A stretch of 64,000 nucleotides of DNA. It comes from Vicugna vicugna (taxonomy: Eukaryota). Location: positions 542,054 to 606,053 of the forward strand of contig MU057632.1 in the NCBI GenBank assembly GCA_013265495.1, in the 5' to 3' direction. This document shows, piece after piece, positions 25,126-37,816 of this stretch (the stretch's first letter is position 1; every line of letters begins with the position of its first letter). A program made the position numbers and the translations under genes. Below the pieces are notes generated by a model. The model was not told where the DNA came from, made no database searches, and saw only the letters and a list, made by a program, of their open reading frames with translations.

Positions 25126-25969
25126 TTTTATTGAAGTATATTTGATTTACAGTGTTATGTTAGTTTCTGGTGTACAGACAGCATAGTGAATCAGTCATCA
25201 GTTTTTTATATATGTGTGTATTCTTTTCACATTCTTTTCCCTTATGATTTATTGCAGGATGTTGAATATAGTTCCCTGTGCTATAGAGTAGGACCTTGTT
25301 ATTTATCTGTTTTATACATAGTAGTTTGTAACTGCTAATCCCAAACTCCTAATTTATCCCTCCCCTACCTTCTTTCCCTCCTGGTAACCATAAGTTTGTT
25401 TTCTATGTCTGTGAGTCTCTTTTTGCTTCATAAATAGGTTCATTTATATTACATTTTTAGATTCCACATATAAGTGATATCAATGATTCTTGTGTTTCTC
25501 TGACTTACTTCACTTAGTATGATAATCTCTAGGCCCATACATGTTGCTGAAAATGGCATTATTTCATTCTTTTTAATGGTTGAATAGTAAACAGCAATCC
25601 ATTCATCTGTTGATGGACACTTAGGTTGCTTCCATGTCTTGGCCATTGTAAATAGTGCTGCTGTGAACACTGGGGTGCATGTGTCTTTTCAAATTAGAGT
25701 GTTCTCTGGATATATGCCCAGGAGTGGGATTGCTGGATCATAGGGTAAGTCTATGTTTAGTTTTTTAAGGAATTTCCATACTGTTTTCCGCAGTGGCGGC
25801 ACAAAGCTACATTCCCACCAGCAGTGTAGGACGGTTCCCTTTTCCCCACACCCTCTCCAGCATTTGTTATTTGTAGACTTTTTAAGGATGGCCATTCAGA
25901 CTTGTGTGAGGTGATACCTCATTGTCGTTTTGATTTGCATTTCTCTGATAATAAGCAACATAGAGCCTC
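25126..25969 (-). mobile_element. L1 3' end, about 0.85 kb
   Basis: ORFs 25449-25895 are the ORF2p C-terminus ([19 protein letters not shown]...[34 protein letters not shown]); TSD agaaagaat. Confidence 0.93.
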
Positions 25970-26918
25970 TAGAAAGAATATTTCTAAACAATTTCTTATA
26001 CTATGAAAATTAATCTGACCCAATTTATACAGTAACAGAGAGAGTGAACTTTACAATCAGAAAAAGGAAGTCAAAGCAATTACACATCCTAAAGGAAGAT
26101 TCAGCACAATGAATAAAAGAAGAAACATACAGACAGTCTCTCACCCAAGCCACGTGACGGTTTGAACGTTTTTTGGGGGGCAGAGAGTTGACCCCAGAGC
26201 AGACTCACAGAGGAGCTGTAGGGACCCACCTGTCTCCTGAGGGCCTAAGTCTTATCCTGGCTCCCCACGGGAGGACTGAGGAGATGCTTTTGTTACGAGA
26301 CAGAACTGAGGTTTCACTTCTAGGCTTTGAGCAAAGCCTGAGCCAGAGAGGGCCTTAAGAGTGTCTTCTCACATTCCTACTGATAGATATTGGACGTTTT
26401 ACGCTTGGTAAAACACTAGGAAAAGCTCTCTCAGAAGCAGTTTGTTTCTGTATACTGGTGTTGGTTTTTAAGAGGCTTTTTGATTTGCTGAGCCACTATC
26501 ACCTAGACATGTCCAGCTTCAACTTCCATCACAGGAAATCCTGGATTTCTTTTCCTTTTTATTATCCCAGCCTATTCCTGCAAATTTTATCTTATATTCA
26601 CCTCATTTATTTTACTATATTTATTTCTAGATCTCTTCAGTCTTCTGTGGACTGTTTTCAGAACCCTGTCTTCTGAAAGGTAGAAAAGAAGTACAGGAGA
26701 GTGGTTGGTGTGGTGGAGATTGTGAGTTTGTCCATAAGGGAAGGTGACCAGGGAGGAGCAAGAAAGAAAGCAGAACCCAGTGTAAACGTGGGGCTTAGAT
26801 GGGGTGACAGGAAATGTTTTAGGGTAATGTGTATTGTGAGCTAGACTAAATGTTAAAGATGTCAGGGTAGAAGGCAGGCAACTGAAAAGGGATATTTGTA
26901 AAGAATTAAAGCAAACTG

Positions 26919-27711
26919 GGGTGTGGAGAGCAGGGAACCCTCCTACACTGTTGGTGGGAATGTAATTTGGTGCAGCCACTGTGGAGGATAGTATGGAGGT
27001 TCCTTAAAAAACTAAAAATAGACTTACCCTATGATCCAGCAATCCCAATCCTGGGCATATATCTAGAGGGAACTCTACTTCAAAAAGATACATGCACCCC
27101 AAGGTTCATAGCAGCACTATTTACAATAGCCAAGACATGGAAACAATCTTAATGTCCATTGACAGATGACTGGATAAAGAAGATGTAGTGTACACACACA
27201 CACACACACAGGAATATTATTCAGCCATAAAAAAGAATGAAATCATGCCATTTGCAACAACATGGATGGACCTAGAGATTATCATACTGAGTGAAGTTAA
27301 GTCAGACAGAGAAAGACAAACATCATACAGTATCACTTATATGTGGAATCTAAAAAAAAAGATACAAATTCTATTTCCAAACCAAAAATACAATCATGGA
27401 CATAGAAAACGAACTATGGCTACCAAAGGGGAAAGGGTAGGGAGGGATAAATTAAGGGTTGGAGATTAGCAGATACACACTACTATATGTAAAACAGATA
27501 AACAGCAAGGACCTACTGTATAGCACAGAGAATTAGATCCAGTTTCTTGTAATAACATCTTATGGAAAAGAATCTGAAAATAAATATATGTATGTGTGTG
27601 TATATATATATATATATACATGTCTATGTATAACTGAATCAGTTTGCTGTATACCTGAAACTAGCATTGTAAGTCAACTGTACTTCAATAAAAATTTTAA
27701 ATAAGAAAGAA
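26919..27711 (+). mobile_element. L1 3' end, about 0.8 kb
   Basis: ORF 26967-27152 [31 protein letters not shown]...; TSD aaagcaaactg (26908, 27712). Confidence 0.93.
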
Positions 27712-30387
27712 AAGCAAACTGAAGGTGTAAAAGAAGCCTGAACATTGGCTTTGTATTCTTGGTTAAGTCTCTGAGCAGAATAGGCTAGATTATGGGCAGA
27801 GACCCATGAAACATCCTGGATCTAACCCTGATTTTTATATAGCTCTCTTGATATTTGTAGGTGTGGTTCTCTGAAAAAGGACTATTTTGTGGAGCCCCAG
27901 TGGACTTGGGTTCAAACACCAGTTTCACCCCTACTGTCTCTTGAACAATTAATGGGTTAAATAATGTCATATACTAAGATCTGAATGAATCATTGGTGCA
28001 GCACAGACTTTCCAACCATAACAGGTGAGCCGGCCCATCACACAGCTATGCTCAGTTTTACTCTGCACAGGTAGGGGACGAGCGGATATCCCCTGCCCAC
28101 ATGGTCGTTTCTTATAATGTATAATCTCCCACAAAAGGAAACTCATCAAGGACCATGGTGTAGTGAGAATGGGTTTGTCAGATTATTTGGATGGAGGAGA
28201 AGAGTTGATAGGAGACTGGATGAAACACGACACAGGGAGATTTAGGACAGACAGAGAGAAGCCACCATCTTATGGTTTTGTTAACTAATCCTAAGTAAGG
28301 GGGTCTTAGAACAGATATTCTGGGCATTCTAGACCAAAAGTGCTCTTTTCCTAATCATCTTAGGGTGTGTGTGACAAGGGTTCGGAGGATGAAGTACACT
28401 TGGACTTGCACTAAACATCGTGAACTTCTGTCTCTATTGTACACAAATGACATTTAAAATTCTTAATGACTAAAGAAGAAAATCTAAATATTACTTTACT
28501 TTCATAGTGATTGAAAAAAATTTCAACCAACCGTCGTCTGTTGGCTTTTAGTAATAATAATTGACACTTTTCTTTCAAGAGTCCGGACAGTCTAAGTAGT
28601 TTTGGATATATTTGTTATTGGTTTGCAGGAGCTTTGATCATATCTGTCCTTTCAGCTGTTTACTCTAATGCTCCTAGTATTCTCATCATTTTGCAACTGT
28701 AATTTGTCTTATACATTATTAAACACCTTTTGCCTGACCATCCAGTCTACTTTGTTTCCAATATTGAGGAAATGGCTTATGCACTTTTTAGGAGGCTGTG
28801 ATCTTAAAACACTACAGGGAAGAGGATTCTTGGATTAATTATTTGCTAGATGAGGATGGTCTTTAGACAGGGTGAAAGAAAGTCGTAATTCTCTGGAATA
28901 AAAAGAAAGACCAGCTCAAGGGATCGTTACAGTGTAATTGTTGAAGGCAGTTAGTTTAAGAGACAAAGATTGTGGCAATCCTCTCTGGGCATTTTATACC
29001 CACATATTTTAGGTAATAAACTCCACTGTTGGGATTAAACAATGTCATTATCTCAACAAAGCATTTTTTTCCCATCATTCTGTTGACAGTAAGTGGGAAA
29101 GAAAATTCAGTTGAAATTTACTACTTCCTGGGCCCCTTGTAAATGATCCAAAGAACACTCCCCTCATGGGGGAGGCTGGAATAGCAAGCACTAAGTAACG
29201 GGGTCGCTTTAGGCAGCAGACTTCCCTGAAACTGAAGGATGTCCAGGATCCTCTGAGAGACAGGAAGGGGACAGATTAGAACCAGAATTGTCACAAGAGC
29301 TTGGGCTTACCTGGCAGTCTCCCCAACTCACACCAGATCTTACAGTAATGAATTTTATTGCAGAAAGAGACACCCCAGGTATGAAAATAAAATATCAGAG
29401 GGTTGTGGTGAGTGATATGATACACACCAGTCTTCAGAAGCATTACAGACCTTGCTCCCCCCTGGGAGGGCTGCACAGGGCTGGATGCAGCCTTCTGTGT
29501 TCCACAAAATAATCCAACCACAAGCAGACTTCTCTCTCTCCTTAGGAAGTAGTCATCTATCCACATGAGCCTTTGGAATTACTCTTCAGCGTAATGGGCT
29601 CAACTTTTGTTTTGTGTCTTTCTATAGCCATCCTATTTATTTTTTCATTCAAAAAATAAGCCCTTTAATTCAATAAAGAACCAATATGAATATCTCCCAA
29701 TATACTTTATTATTAGCACCATTAAATTATTTTTGCTGCTTCCAAATACAATAGATTCTTCACTTTTCTAAGGAGCAAATTGAAAGGTCATAACAGCTTC
29801 ACTTTAGATGAGCTGCAGCTGATGGTACTGATCAGTGTTAGATGAAATTATTACACGGAGGCTTTTTAAACAGAGGAAAGAAGATACATTAAAAAATGTT
29901 TTTGGTGTAAGAATTCCAAAGCTAATCTTTATTGTTAACTATTTCCAAGATCATTTTGAAAAACTTTTCTATGTCAGAATGCTGTTCTATTCTGTTTTCT
30001 TTCCACACGTGGCTTGCAAATCGATAAACAGCATGTCAGTACTTCCTAGATTCCTTAGTCCTATTAAGTGGAGTAGGTCCCCCTACAGTAGCCGGGACTG
30101 TGCAGCAGATGGCACTAAGAACATTTAGCAAAGCAGCCAGGAACAAGTCTTACATCGCTCTTCAGGGTCAGAGCATCGCCTGAAAAATGAGATGCATTGG
30201 CTAACTGAAGACAGCCTTCCCGAGGTCGGTTACATTTCAGGACTGCAAGTTCCACACATGGTCCTGTCCTCTCCATTCAGAAGAAGAACTTACAGTATTT
30301 GAACTCAATATAGAAATGATACCTAATTGAAACTCTTGAACGATTTCAGTACTGTGATCCTTTCTGAAATATGAGTTGTCGCCATCA

Positions 30388-30497
30388 CTTTTTTTCCATT
30401 AAAATACAGTCAGTTTACAGTGTGTTAACTTCTGGTGTGCAGCATCATGCTTCAGTCATACATATACATAAATATATTCCTTTTCATATTCTTTTAA
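30388..30497 (-). mobile_element. Short L1 3' tail
   Basis: T-tail plus cagtcagtttacagtgtgttaacttctggtgtgcagcatcatgcttcagtcatacat. Confidence 0.8.
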
Positions 30498-32001
30498 TTG
30501 TCGGATAAACCCATTCCTTTGTTCTACCTTTGTAAACATAAGATTCAAGCTGTGTAATTTTTACATGCCAAGAAATATAGATGGTGAAGCAAATACCTGG
30601 TCATCTCCCCAGTCTGCTGTTTACGCTTTCATTTTGTTCCTTCCTTCTCTGTATTCCCACTGAAGCGATGCTGCAGAATCCCTTGTCATAGCGATGACCT
30701 TATCCTCTGTCTTGTGCTTTTCTTTAGCATACAGATATTTGCTGCGGAATTGGATTAAGTTTCGATATCGTTAGATACCGAATAATCCACAACTAAACCA
30801 CAGATAAAAACTGAACGAGGCTAATGTCTTCCACAGAAAATAAAAACCAAGCAGATTTCTGAGTCAGTGTTTTGCTTTTTAAAATAACCTGTTACAGACT
30901 CATTTCTTTTGCAAATCCACAGTGCAAATTTACATCATTCTCTGACCATAAGTAACTTTCAGATAAACTTTTTTTTGCATCTTTAGTGCATATTTATATG
31001 AAAATCATAAGATGCAATGAGTTTTGAAATGTATTTATCATACAGTGGGAAAATAGTTTTTTGATCCTCCTCTTTCAGTAATTGAAACTTTATTGAAATA
31101 AAGTAAATCAACCTGTTGAGGCATATGGACATACAAAGCTGGAGGCTTTGGTGAGCCTGCCTCCGGCAGTGATCATCGGTCTCTGTGAATGATCTCTGGT
31201 CACCATGCTCTTTGTTATTCCTTTTGGCCTCTGTCATCCATAGCTTCTAAAACTAACAGTCATGAAAGCTTTTTGTGTGGTTTTGTTTTGTTTTGTTTTG
31301 TTTTTAATCTCACCTAATTGAAATTTTTAATCAAATTAATTTTACGTATAATACCAGTGAAAATAAAGATGACACCTTCTGTAAAGGAGAGGTGTGAAGT
31401 TGTTGTTGGCTCATCTCTTTATGCAGAAAATCCTCCCTCCAGGATGGCTGTACGGAGGGAGGGGGGAAGCCATCGGCGGATCAGCCTTAGTTCCCTGAGA
31501 TCACCATTCATCAAACTACAGCGCACGTGGAATTTAATACCTGCCATTTCTTGCAGTTTCTCCATCTTTAAGAACAGGCCGTGATACTTTCTGCCAACCC
31601 TAACATGCTTAGCATGCATAGTGTTTATTAGGAGACTTTTGAAGGGAAGGAGGCTTTTGAAGGAACATAGTATGTCCTGTTCCCAGCAGTGGCTCTTACG
31701 AGAAGGAATGATGCTATGTCGTAGCAATCTCCCCTGTAGACCTTCCTGTCGATGTTTGCCAGGATGAAAGAAGATAGTCTTTGTTCACTTAAGGCCTTTC
31801 AATCTAATATTTCTTCTTTGTTCTGAAGGCTTTAATCATCTAGTGCAGAATTCTCCAAATTCTGTTCCATAGAACACTAGTGTTTCTCAGGATGCTAATG
31901 CGTTCTAAGCAAAAAGATCAACAATACCTTTCCTTTTGGATGTATTTTTTTTTTTCTTGGTACATCCCAAGACACGGGGCCTTTCAGACACTAGGTATCC
32001 A

Positions 32002-33350
32002 TTTTTTTTTCTTCCTGTTTAATTAAGCTATACAGCACTGTATCCGTCTTAATGGGCACGGCATGACGATTTGACTTACATACATCATGAAATGATTATT
32101 ACAATAAGTTTAACGAACATCCATTATCTCCTACAGACACAAAATTAAATAGAAGAAATTTTCCTTGTGATAACTCTTAGGATTTACTCTCGTAACAACT
32201 TTCATAAATAATGTATAGCAGTGTTACTTATATTGTATCATGTTACACATTACATACTTAGGACTTATTTATCTTATAACTGGAAGTTTGTACCTTTTGA
32301 CTGCCTATATTTAATTTCCCCCCTTCTAGTGTATTTTTCATTTCGATTATATATATATACTCCTTTTCATATTCTTTTTCATTATAGTCCACAACAAGAT
32401 ACTGAATGTAGTTCCCTGTGCTCTACAGTAGGACCTTGTTGTTTACCTGTTTTATATACAATACCTTGTATCTGCTAATCCCAAACTCCCAATTTATTCC
32501 TCCACTCAATTTTGTATTCTTCATCTCTGATTGTTCTTTATATTTTCTAACTGTTTGTAAAAAAAAAAAACAATTCTAACTCTGTGAATCCTTTCCTCTC
32601 TTGAGAGTTCTTTGAACATCTTTACAATCACTACCTTGAAGTCGTTACTGGGTAGACTGTTTATCTTCACTTCACTTAATTCTTCTTCAGGGATTTTGTT
32701 GTGTTCCTTCATTTTTGCGCCTATTTCTCGTCGCTTCATTTTTGCCAAATTTTCTCTTTATATTTCTACGTATCTGATATGTTGGTTTCATTTCCCAACC
32801 TTGAGGAAGTGGCCTTTTGTAGGAGATGTCCTGCACACCCCAGTAGCATACGTCCTTCTGGTTGCTAGAGCTACGTGCTCCAGGGACACCCCCCACGCGG
32901 GCTGCACGGGTCCTTCTGCTGTGGTGGGCTGACTACTGTGGGTGGTCTGGGAGGTGTGGCTGGCCTCTGGTCCAGCTGGTGGACAGGTCCTGTCTTGTGT
33001 GGAGGCTGCCAGCCACTGGTTGGCGAGGCTGGGTCAGGAGCTGCTGGCTGTGGGGTGTGAGGGGGTGCCGGGGGTCTCAGGATTAGTGCTAGCCCACTGG
33101 AGAGTAGACCCAGGTTCTGGAGTAGGTGGCTGTGGGGCCAGGGACCCTGAATCTAGTGTCAGCCCGCTGGGGGTTGGGCCAGTTCCCGATATGGCTGGCT
33201 GCCCGGTCTGGGGTGTCCCAGAGCTGGTGTTGCCCCAGAGCTGGTGTTGCCCCCGTGGTGAGCACGGTTGGGGCCCAGGTGTTCCCGGGGCTGATGCTGG
33301 CCTGCTGGTGGGTGGGCTTGGTCCTGCTATTGCAGACCTTCATCCTGGAA
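32002..33350 (-). mobile_element. L1 5'UTR plus ORF1 N-terminus joined to an L1MA/MB-type 3' end, with a younger L1 3'UTR piece at about 32350-32508
   Basis: ORF 32521-32748 (MKEHNKIPEEELSEVKINSLPSNDFKVVIVKMFKEL) resembles the L1 ORF1p N-terminus; GC-rich repetitive 5'UTR at 32900-33345; 3' end aggtacaaacttccagttataagataaataag on the minus strand with an A-tail at about 32002-32010. Confidence 0.75.
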
Positions 33351-33393
33351 CTAACTGGCATTAGATGCATTTTTTTTAATGTTACAAAACAGC

Positions 33394-33898
33394 TTATGGC
33401 TGAGTAGTATTCCGTTGTATAAATATATATACCACAACTTCTTTATACAGTCATCTATCGACAGACATTTAATAATGCCATTTGCAGCAACATGGTTGCA
33501 CCTAGAGACTGTCATTCTAAGTGGAGTAAGCCAGAAAGAGAAAGAAAAATACCATATGATATTATTCATATGTGGAATCTAAAAAGAAAAAGAGACACAA
33601 ACTTATTTACAAAACAGAAACAGATTGACAGACATAGAAAACAACTTATGGTTATCAGGGAGGGTGGGGCTGAAGGGATAAATTAGGAGTTAGAGATTTG
33701 CAGATACTAAATACCATATATAAAATAGATAAACAACAAGTTTCTACGGTATAGCAGGGAAACTATATTCAATATCTTGTAGTAACTATCATGAAAAATA
33801 ATATGAAAAGGAATATATGTGTATATGTCTGATATGTTATGCTGTACACCAGAAATTGACACAACATTGTAAACTGACTACACTTCAATTAAAAAAAA
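33394..33898 (+). mobile_element. L1 3' end with 5' inversion (33394-33470 inverted)
   Basis: Antisense segment ttatggctgagtagtattcc...acagacattta directly followed by sense aataatgccatttgcagcaac...cttcaattaaaaaaaa. Confidence 0.88.
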
Positions 33899-34304
33899 GT
33901 GTAAGATACTTATATAGTTGTTTTTGTCATTATTCTAGAATCTAAGAAAAATAAGAGTTCTAGGAAGTCAAAAAACCATCTGACGATCGTGTTAAAGCAG
34001 AGGCAGAGTCCACAAACACCCAGGTGCTGGAAGACTGACCATGAACTTCTGTTCATGCTGCATCTTCTGGTTTTGTACCTTTAGCCCACAGTGGTGACAT
34101 TTTCAGTATTTAAGGTACATGAAACACTCAGAGATTAATGAGCTTCTGCTGGGGTTCTATCAATACCTCATAATTTAAACATAGTTTTGGGACCAAATAA
34201 ATTTCAGATATGCAGCTCCAGAGGGCAATTTTACGGTTGTCAATGGTCCACGAATAACAAAGTCTGCACATTATTTAGAGGAAGAGGAACATGAAGAATA
34301 ATGA

Positions 34305-37300
34305 CATGTAACCACCATCATACCAAATTGTTGTCCCATTGCCTAAAATTTCTCCGTACTCAACCAACTCATTCCTCCCTTTCCCATAACTCCTGGTAAT
34401 CACTAATCTTTTTGCTGCCTCCATAATTTTGTCTTTTCCAGAATGTTATAGAGTTAGAGTCATACAGAATGTAGTCTTTTCAGATTGGTTTCTTTCACTA
34501 AATATGTGCTTTTAAATTCCCTGTGTGTCTTTTCTTGGCTTGATAACTCATTTCCTTTTAATGCTAAGTAATATTCCATTGTCTAGATGTACCAGGGTTT
34601 ATTTATCCAGTCATCAACTGATGGATGTCTTGTTTATTATTTGATTTGAATTTTATTGAAAACACTTAATTCTTTCTCTCACGGATTGTGCCTTTGCTGT
34701 TATATCTAAAAACTCAACACTGTATGACGGTCACCTAGATTTTTCTTCTATTTTATCTTCTAAGAGTTTAAAGGTTTTACATTTTATATTTAGATTTTAC
34801 ATTTAGATTTACTATTGATTTTGAGTTAATTTTTGTGAAAGATATAAGGTCTCTCTCTCTTTTTTTTTTTTTTTTGCATGTGGATGTCCAGCTGTTTCAA
34901 CACCATTTGTTGAAAAGACTGTCTTCACTCCATTGCATTGCCTTTGCTCCTTTGTCAAAGATCAGCTTGACTATATTTATGGGGGTTTAATTCTGGGCTT
35001 CATACTCTTCTCTATTGACTTGCTTGTTACTTTGCCAACACCTCACTGCCCTGATTATTTCAGCATTAGAGTAAGTCTTCACGTTGGGTGGTGTCTGTTC
35101 TCTGACTGTTCTCTTTCAGTATTGCGTTGGCTATTGTTCGTCTTTTGCCTCTCCATATAAACTTTAGAATCAGTTTGTCAATATCCACAAAATAATTTGC
35201 TGGAATTTTGATGGGGATTCTGGTAAATTTATGTATTGTGTTGGTAAGAACTGACATCTTGACAATATTGGCTTTCTATCTGTGAATGTGGAATCCCTCT
35301 CCATTTATTTAGTTCTTCCTGGATATCTTTTATGTGAGCTTTGTAGTTTGCCTCATATAGATCTTCTACATATTTTGTCAGAAATACAGCTGGGTATTCT
35401 TTTGAGGGTTAATGTAAATGGTAATGTGTTCTCAGTTTCAAATTCTACTTTTTCATTGCTGGTATCTAGAAAAGTGATTGAATTCTGTATATTAACTTTG
35501 TATCCCTCAATCTTACTATAATTACTTACTAGTTCCAGGGTTTTGTTTTTGTTGCTGATTTTTTCAGATTTTCTACATGGATGGTTATACTGTATGCAAA
35601 CAAACAAACAAAAAACCCCACCAGTTTTACATCTTCCCTCCAATCTCTATACTTTTTTATTTCCTTTTCTTTTCCCCCTACATTAGGTAGGACTTCCAGC
35701 ATGATGTTGAAAAGCAGTGATGAGAGGGGATATCTTTACTGTGTTCCTGAACTTAGTGGGGAAACTTCGAGTTTCTCACCATTAAGTATGATGTTAGCTA
35801 TAGGTTTTTTTGTAGATTTTTAAAATCAAGTTGAAGAAGTTTCTCTCGTCCTAATTTTCTCAGAGTTTTTATCATGAGTGGTGTTGGATTTGGTCAAATG
35901 TTTTTTTTTCTGCATCCATTAATATGACTGTGTAATTTTTCTCCTTTAGCCAGTCAATGTTACATGTTACATTACTCGATTTTTGAATGTTGGACCAACC
36001 TTCATACATGGAATAAATCCCACTTGGTTGTGGTGTATAATTTTTTTATACTTTGTTGGATTTGATCTTCTAATATTTTGATGAAGGTTTTTACATCTAG
36101 GTTCATGTGAAAGGTGGGTCTGTAGTTTCCTTTTCTTGTAATCTCATTGTCTAGTCATGGTATTAGAGTAATACTGGTTTTATGGAGTGAGTTAGGGCAT
36201 ACTTCTCTGCTTCTATTGTCTGGAAGAGATTGTAGAAATTGTATGATTTCTTCCTGAAATGTTTGATAGAATTCAGCAGTAGAATTGAATCCTTTTTAGC
36301 CTGGTGCTTTCTCTTTCAGGAGGTTATTAATTATTGACCTAAATTCTTTAATAAGTATCTTCAGATTGTCTATTTCTTGTGTTTTAGCAGATCATGCCAC
36401 TAAGAATTGTTCTATTGCATCTAGGTTATAAAAATCTGTGGAAGTAGAGTTGTTCATAGTATCTTTTTATTATCTTTTTAAAGGCCAGGGTATCTGTACT
36501 GTTGTCCCCTCTTTCATTTCTGATATAAGTGGTTTGTGTCTTCTTTTTTTCTCAGTCTGGCTATAGGCTTATCAATTTTATCGATCTTTCCAAAGAACTA
36601 GCTTTTTTGTTATCCATTTTATGTATAGATTCCTTGTTTTTAATTTCATTGAATTCTGCTCTAAGTTTTATTTATTTATTTATTGCTTATTTTGGATTTA
36701 AGTTGTTCTTCTTTTTCTACTTTCCTATTGAGGAAGCTTAGATTATTGATTTTAGATTTTTTTTTCTAACACATGTATTCAATGCTACACATTTCCTGCT
36801 AAACAGTGCTTTTACTGGATCTCAGAAATTTTGATAATTTGTGTTTTAGTTTTCACTTTGTTCAAGATATTTAAAAATTTCTCTTGATATTTCTTCTTTG
36901 AACCATGTGCTATTTAAAAGTGTGTTTTTATATCTGTAAGTATTTGGGGATTTTCCAGCTGTCTTTCTGTTATTGATGTCCAGCTTAAGTCTATTGTGGT
37001 CTGAAAGCAGAACATTGTAAGATTTCTATTCTTTCAAATTTGTTAAGGTGTAAATTTATGGCCCAGAATATGGTCTATCTTGATGAATGTTCTATGTGAA
37101 TTTGAGAATGTTTAATCTGCTGTCATTGGATGAAGTAGTCTATAGATGTCAATAATATCTAGTTGTTTAACAGTGCTGTTGAGTTAACTATGTCATTTCT
37201 GATTTTATGGTGGCTGAATCCATCAGTTTCAGAGTGTTAAATTCTCCAGCTATAATAGTGGATTCATCTATCCCCTTGCAGTTTTGCTTCATGTATTTTG

Positions 37301-37700
37301 ATGCTTTGTTGTTACATACAGTTGTCAATGCTGGGTTGTAAACCTAACAAAGGGTTATTAGGTTTTCTTGAAGTATTCACCCTTTATCATTATGTAATGT
37401 TTTCTTCATACTTGATAATTTCCCTTGTCTGAAATTAACATAGCTCTTCTCACATTCTTTTGATTACTGTTAGCATGGTGTTTCTTTTTCCAACTCTTTC
37501 CTTTTAATCTATACGGGTCTTTATACTTAAACTTGGTTCCTTGTGGACAACGTATAGGTGAGTTTTATTTTTTTATCCACTCTGGCAATGTCTGCCTTTT
37601 GGTTGATATATTTAGACCATTGACATTTAAAGTGATTATTGATACAGTTGGATTAATGTTTACCATTTTTGTTACTGTTTTCTATTCATTTTTCTTGTTC
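34305..37700 (-). mobile_element. Old L1M (L1MC/MD-like), about 3.4 kb of ORF2 plus 3' region
   Basis: T-rich plus strand; ORFs 35066-35257 (IPIKIPANYFVDIDKLILKFIW) and 35353-35643 (LELVSNYSKIEGYKVNIQNSITFL) are L1 ORF2p remnants. Confidence 0.9.
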
Positions 37701-37755
37701 TCTTAAAGATTTTTTAAGTTGTCAAATAGCACTTTTACTATAATGCTATGCTTTT

Positions 37756-37816
37756 TCTCTGTTTTTTTGTATGCATATATTTTTATTGAAGTATAGTCAG
37801 TTTACAATGTTGTGTA
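37756..37816 (-). mobile_element. About 60-bp L1 3' tail
   Basis: ttttattgaagtatagtcagtttacaatgttgtgt flanked by the 17-bp TSD tataatgctatgctttt (37739, 37817). Confidence 0.88.

Noticed and set aside
25449..27469. ORFs with clear protein-like motifs ([13 protein letters not shown])
   Set aside because: L1 ORF2p C-terminal remnants; no intact L1 ORF2 anywhere in the window.
28800..29520. Possible ancient LTR fragments
   Set aside because: Only a vague compositional resemblance; no termini or TSD found.
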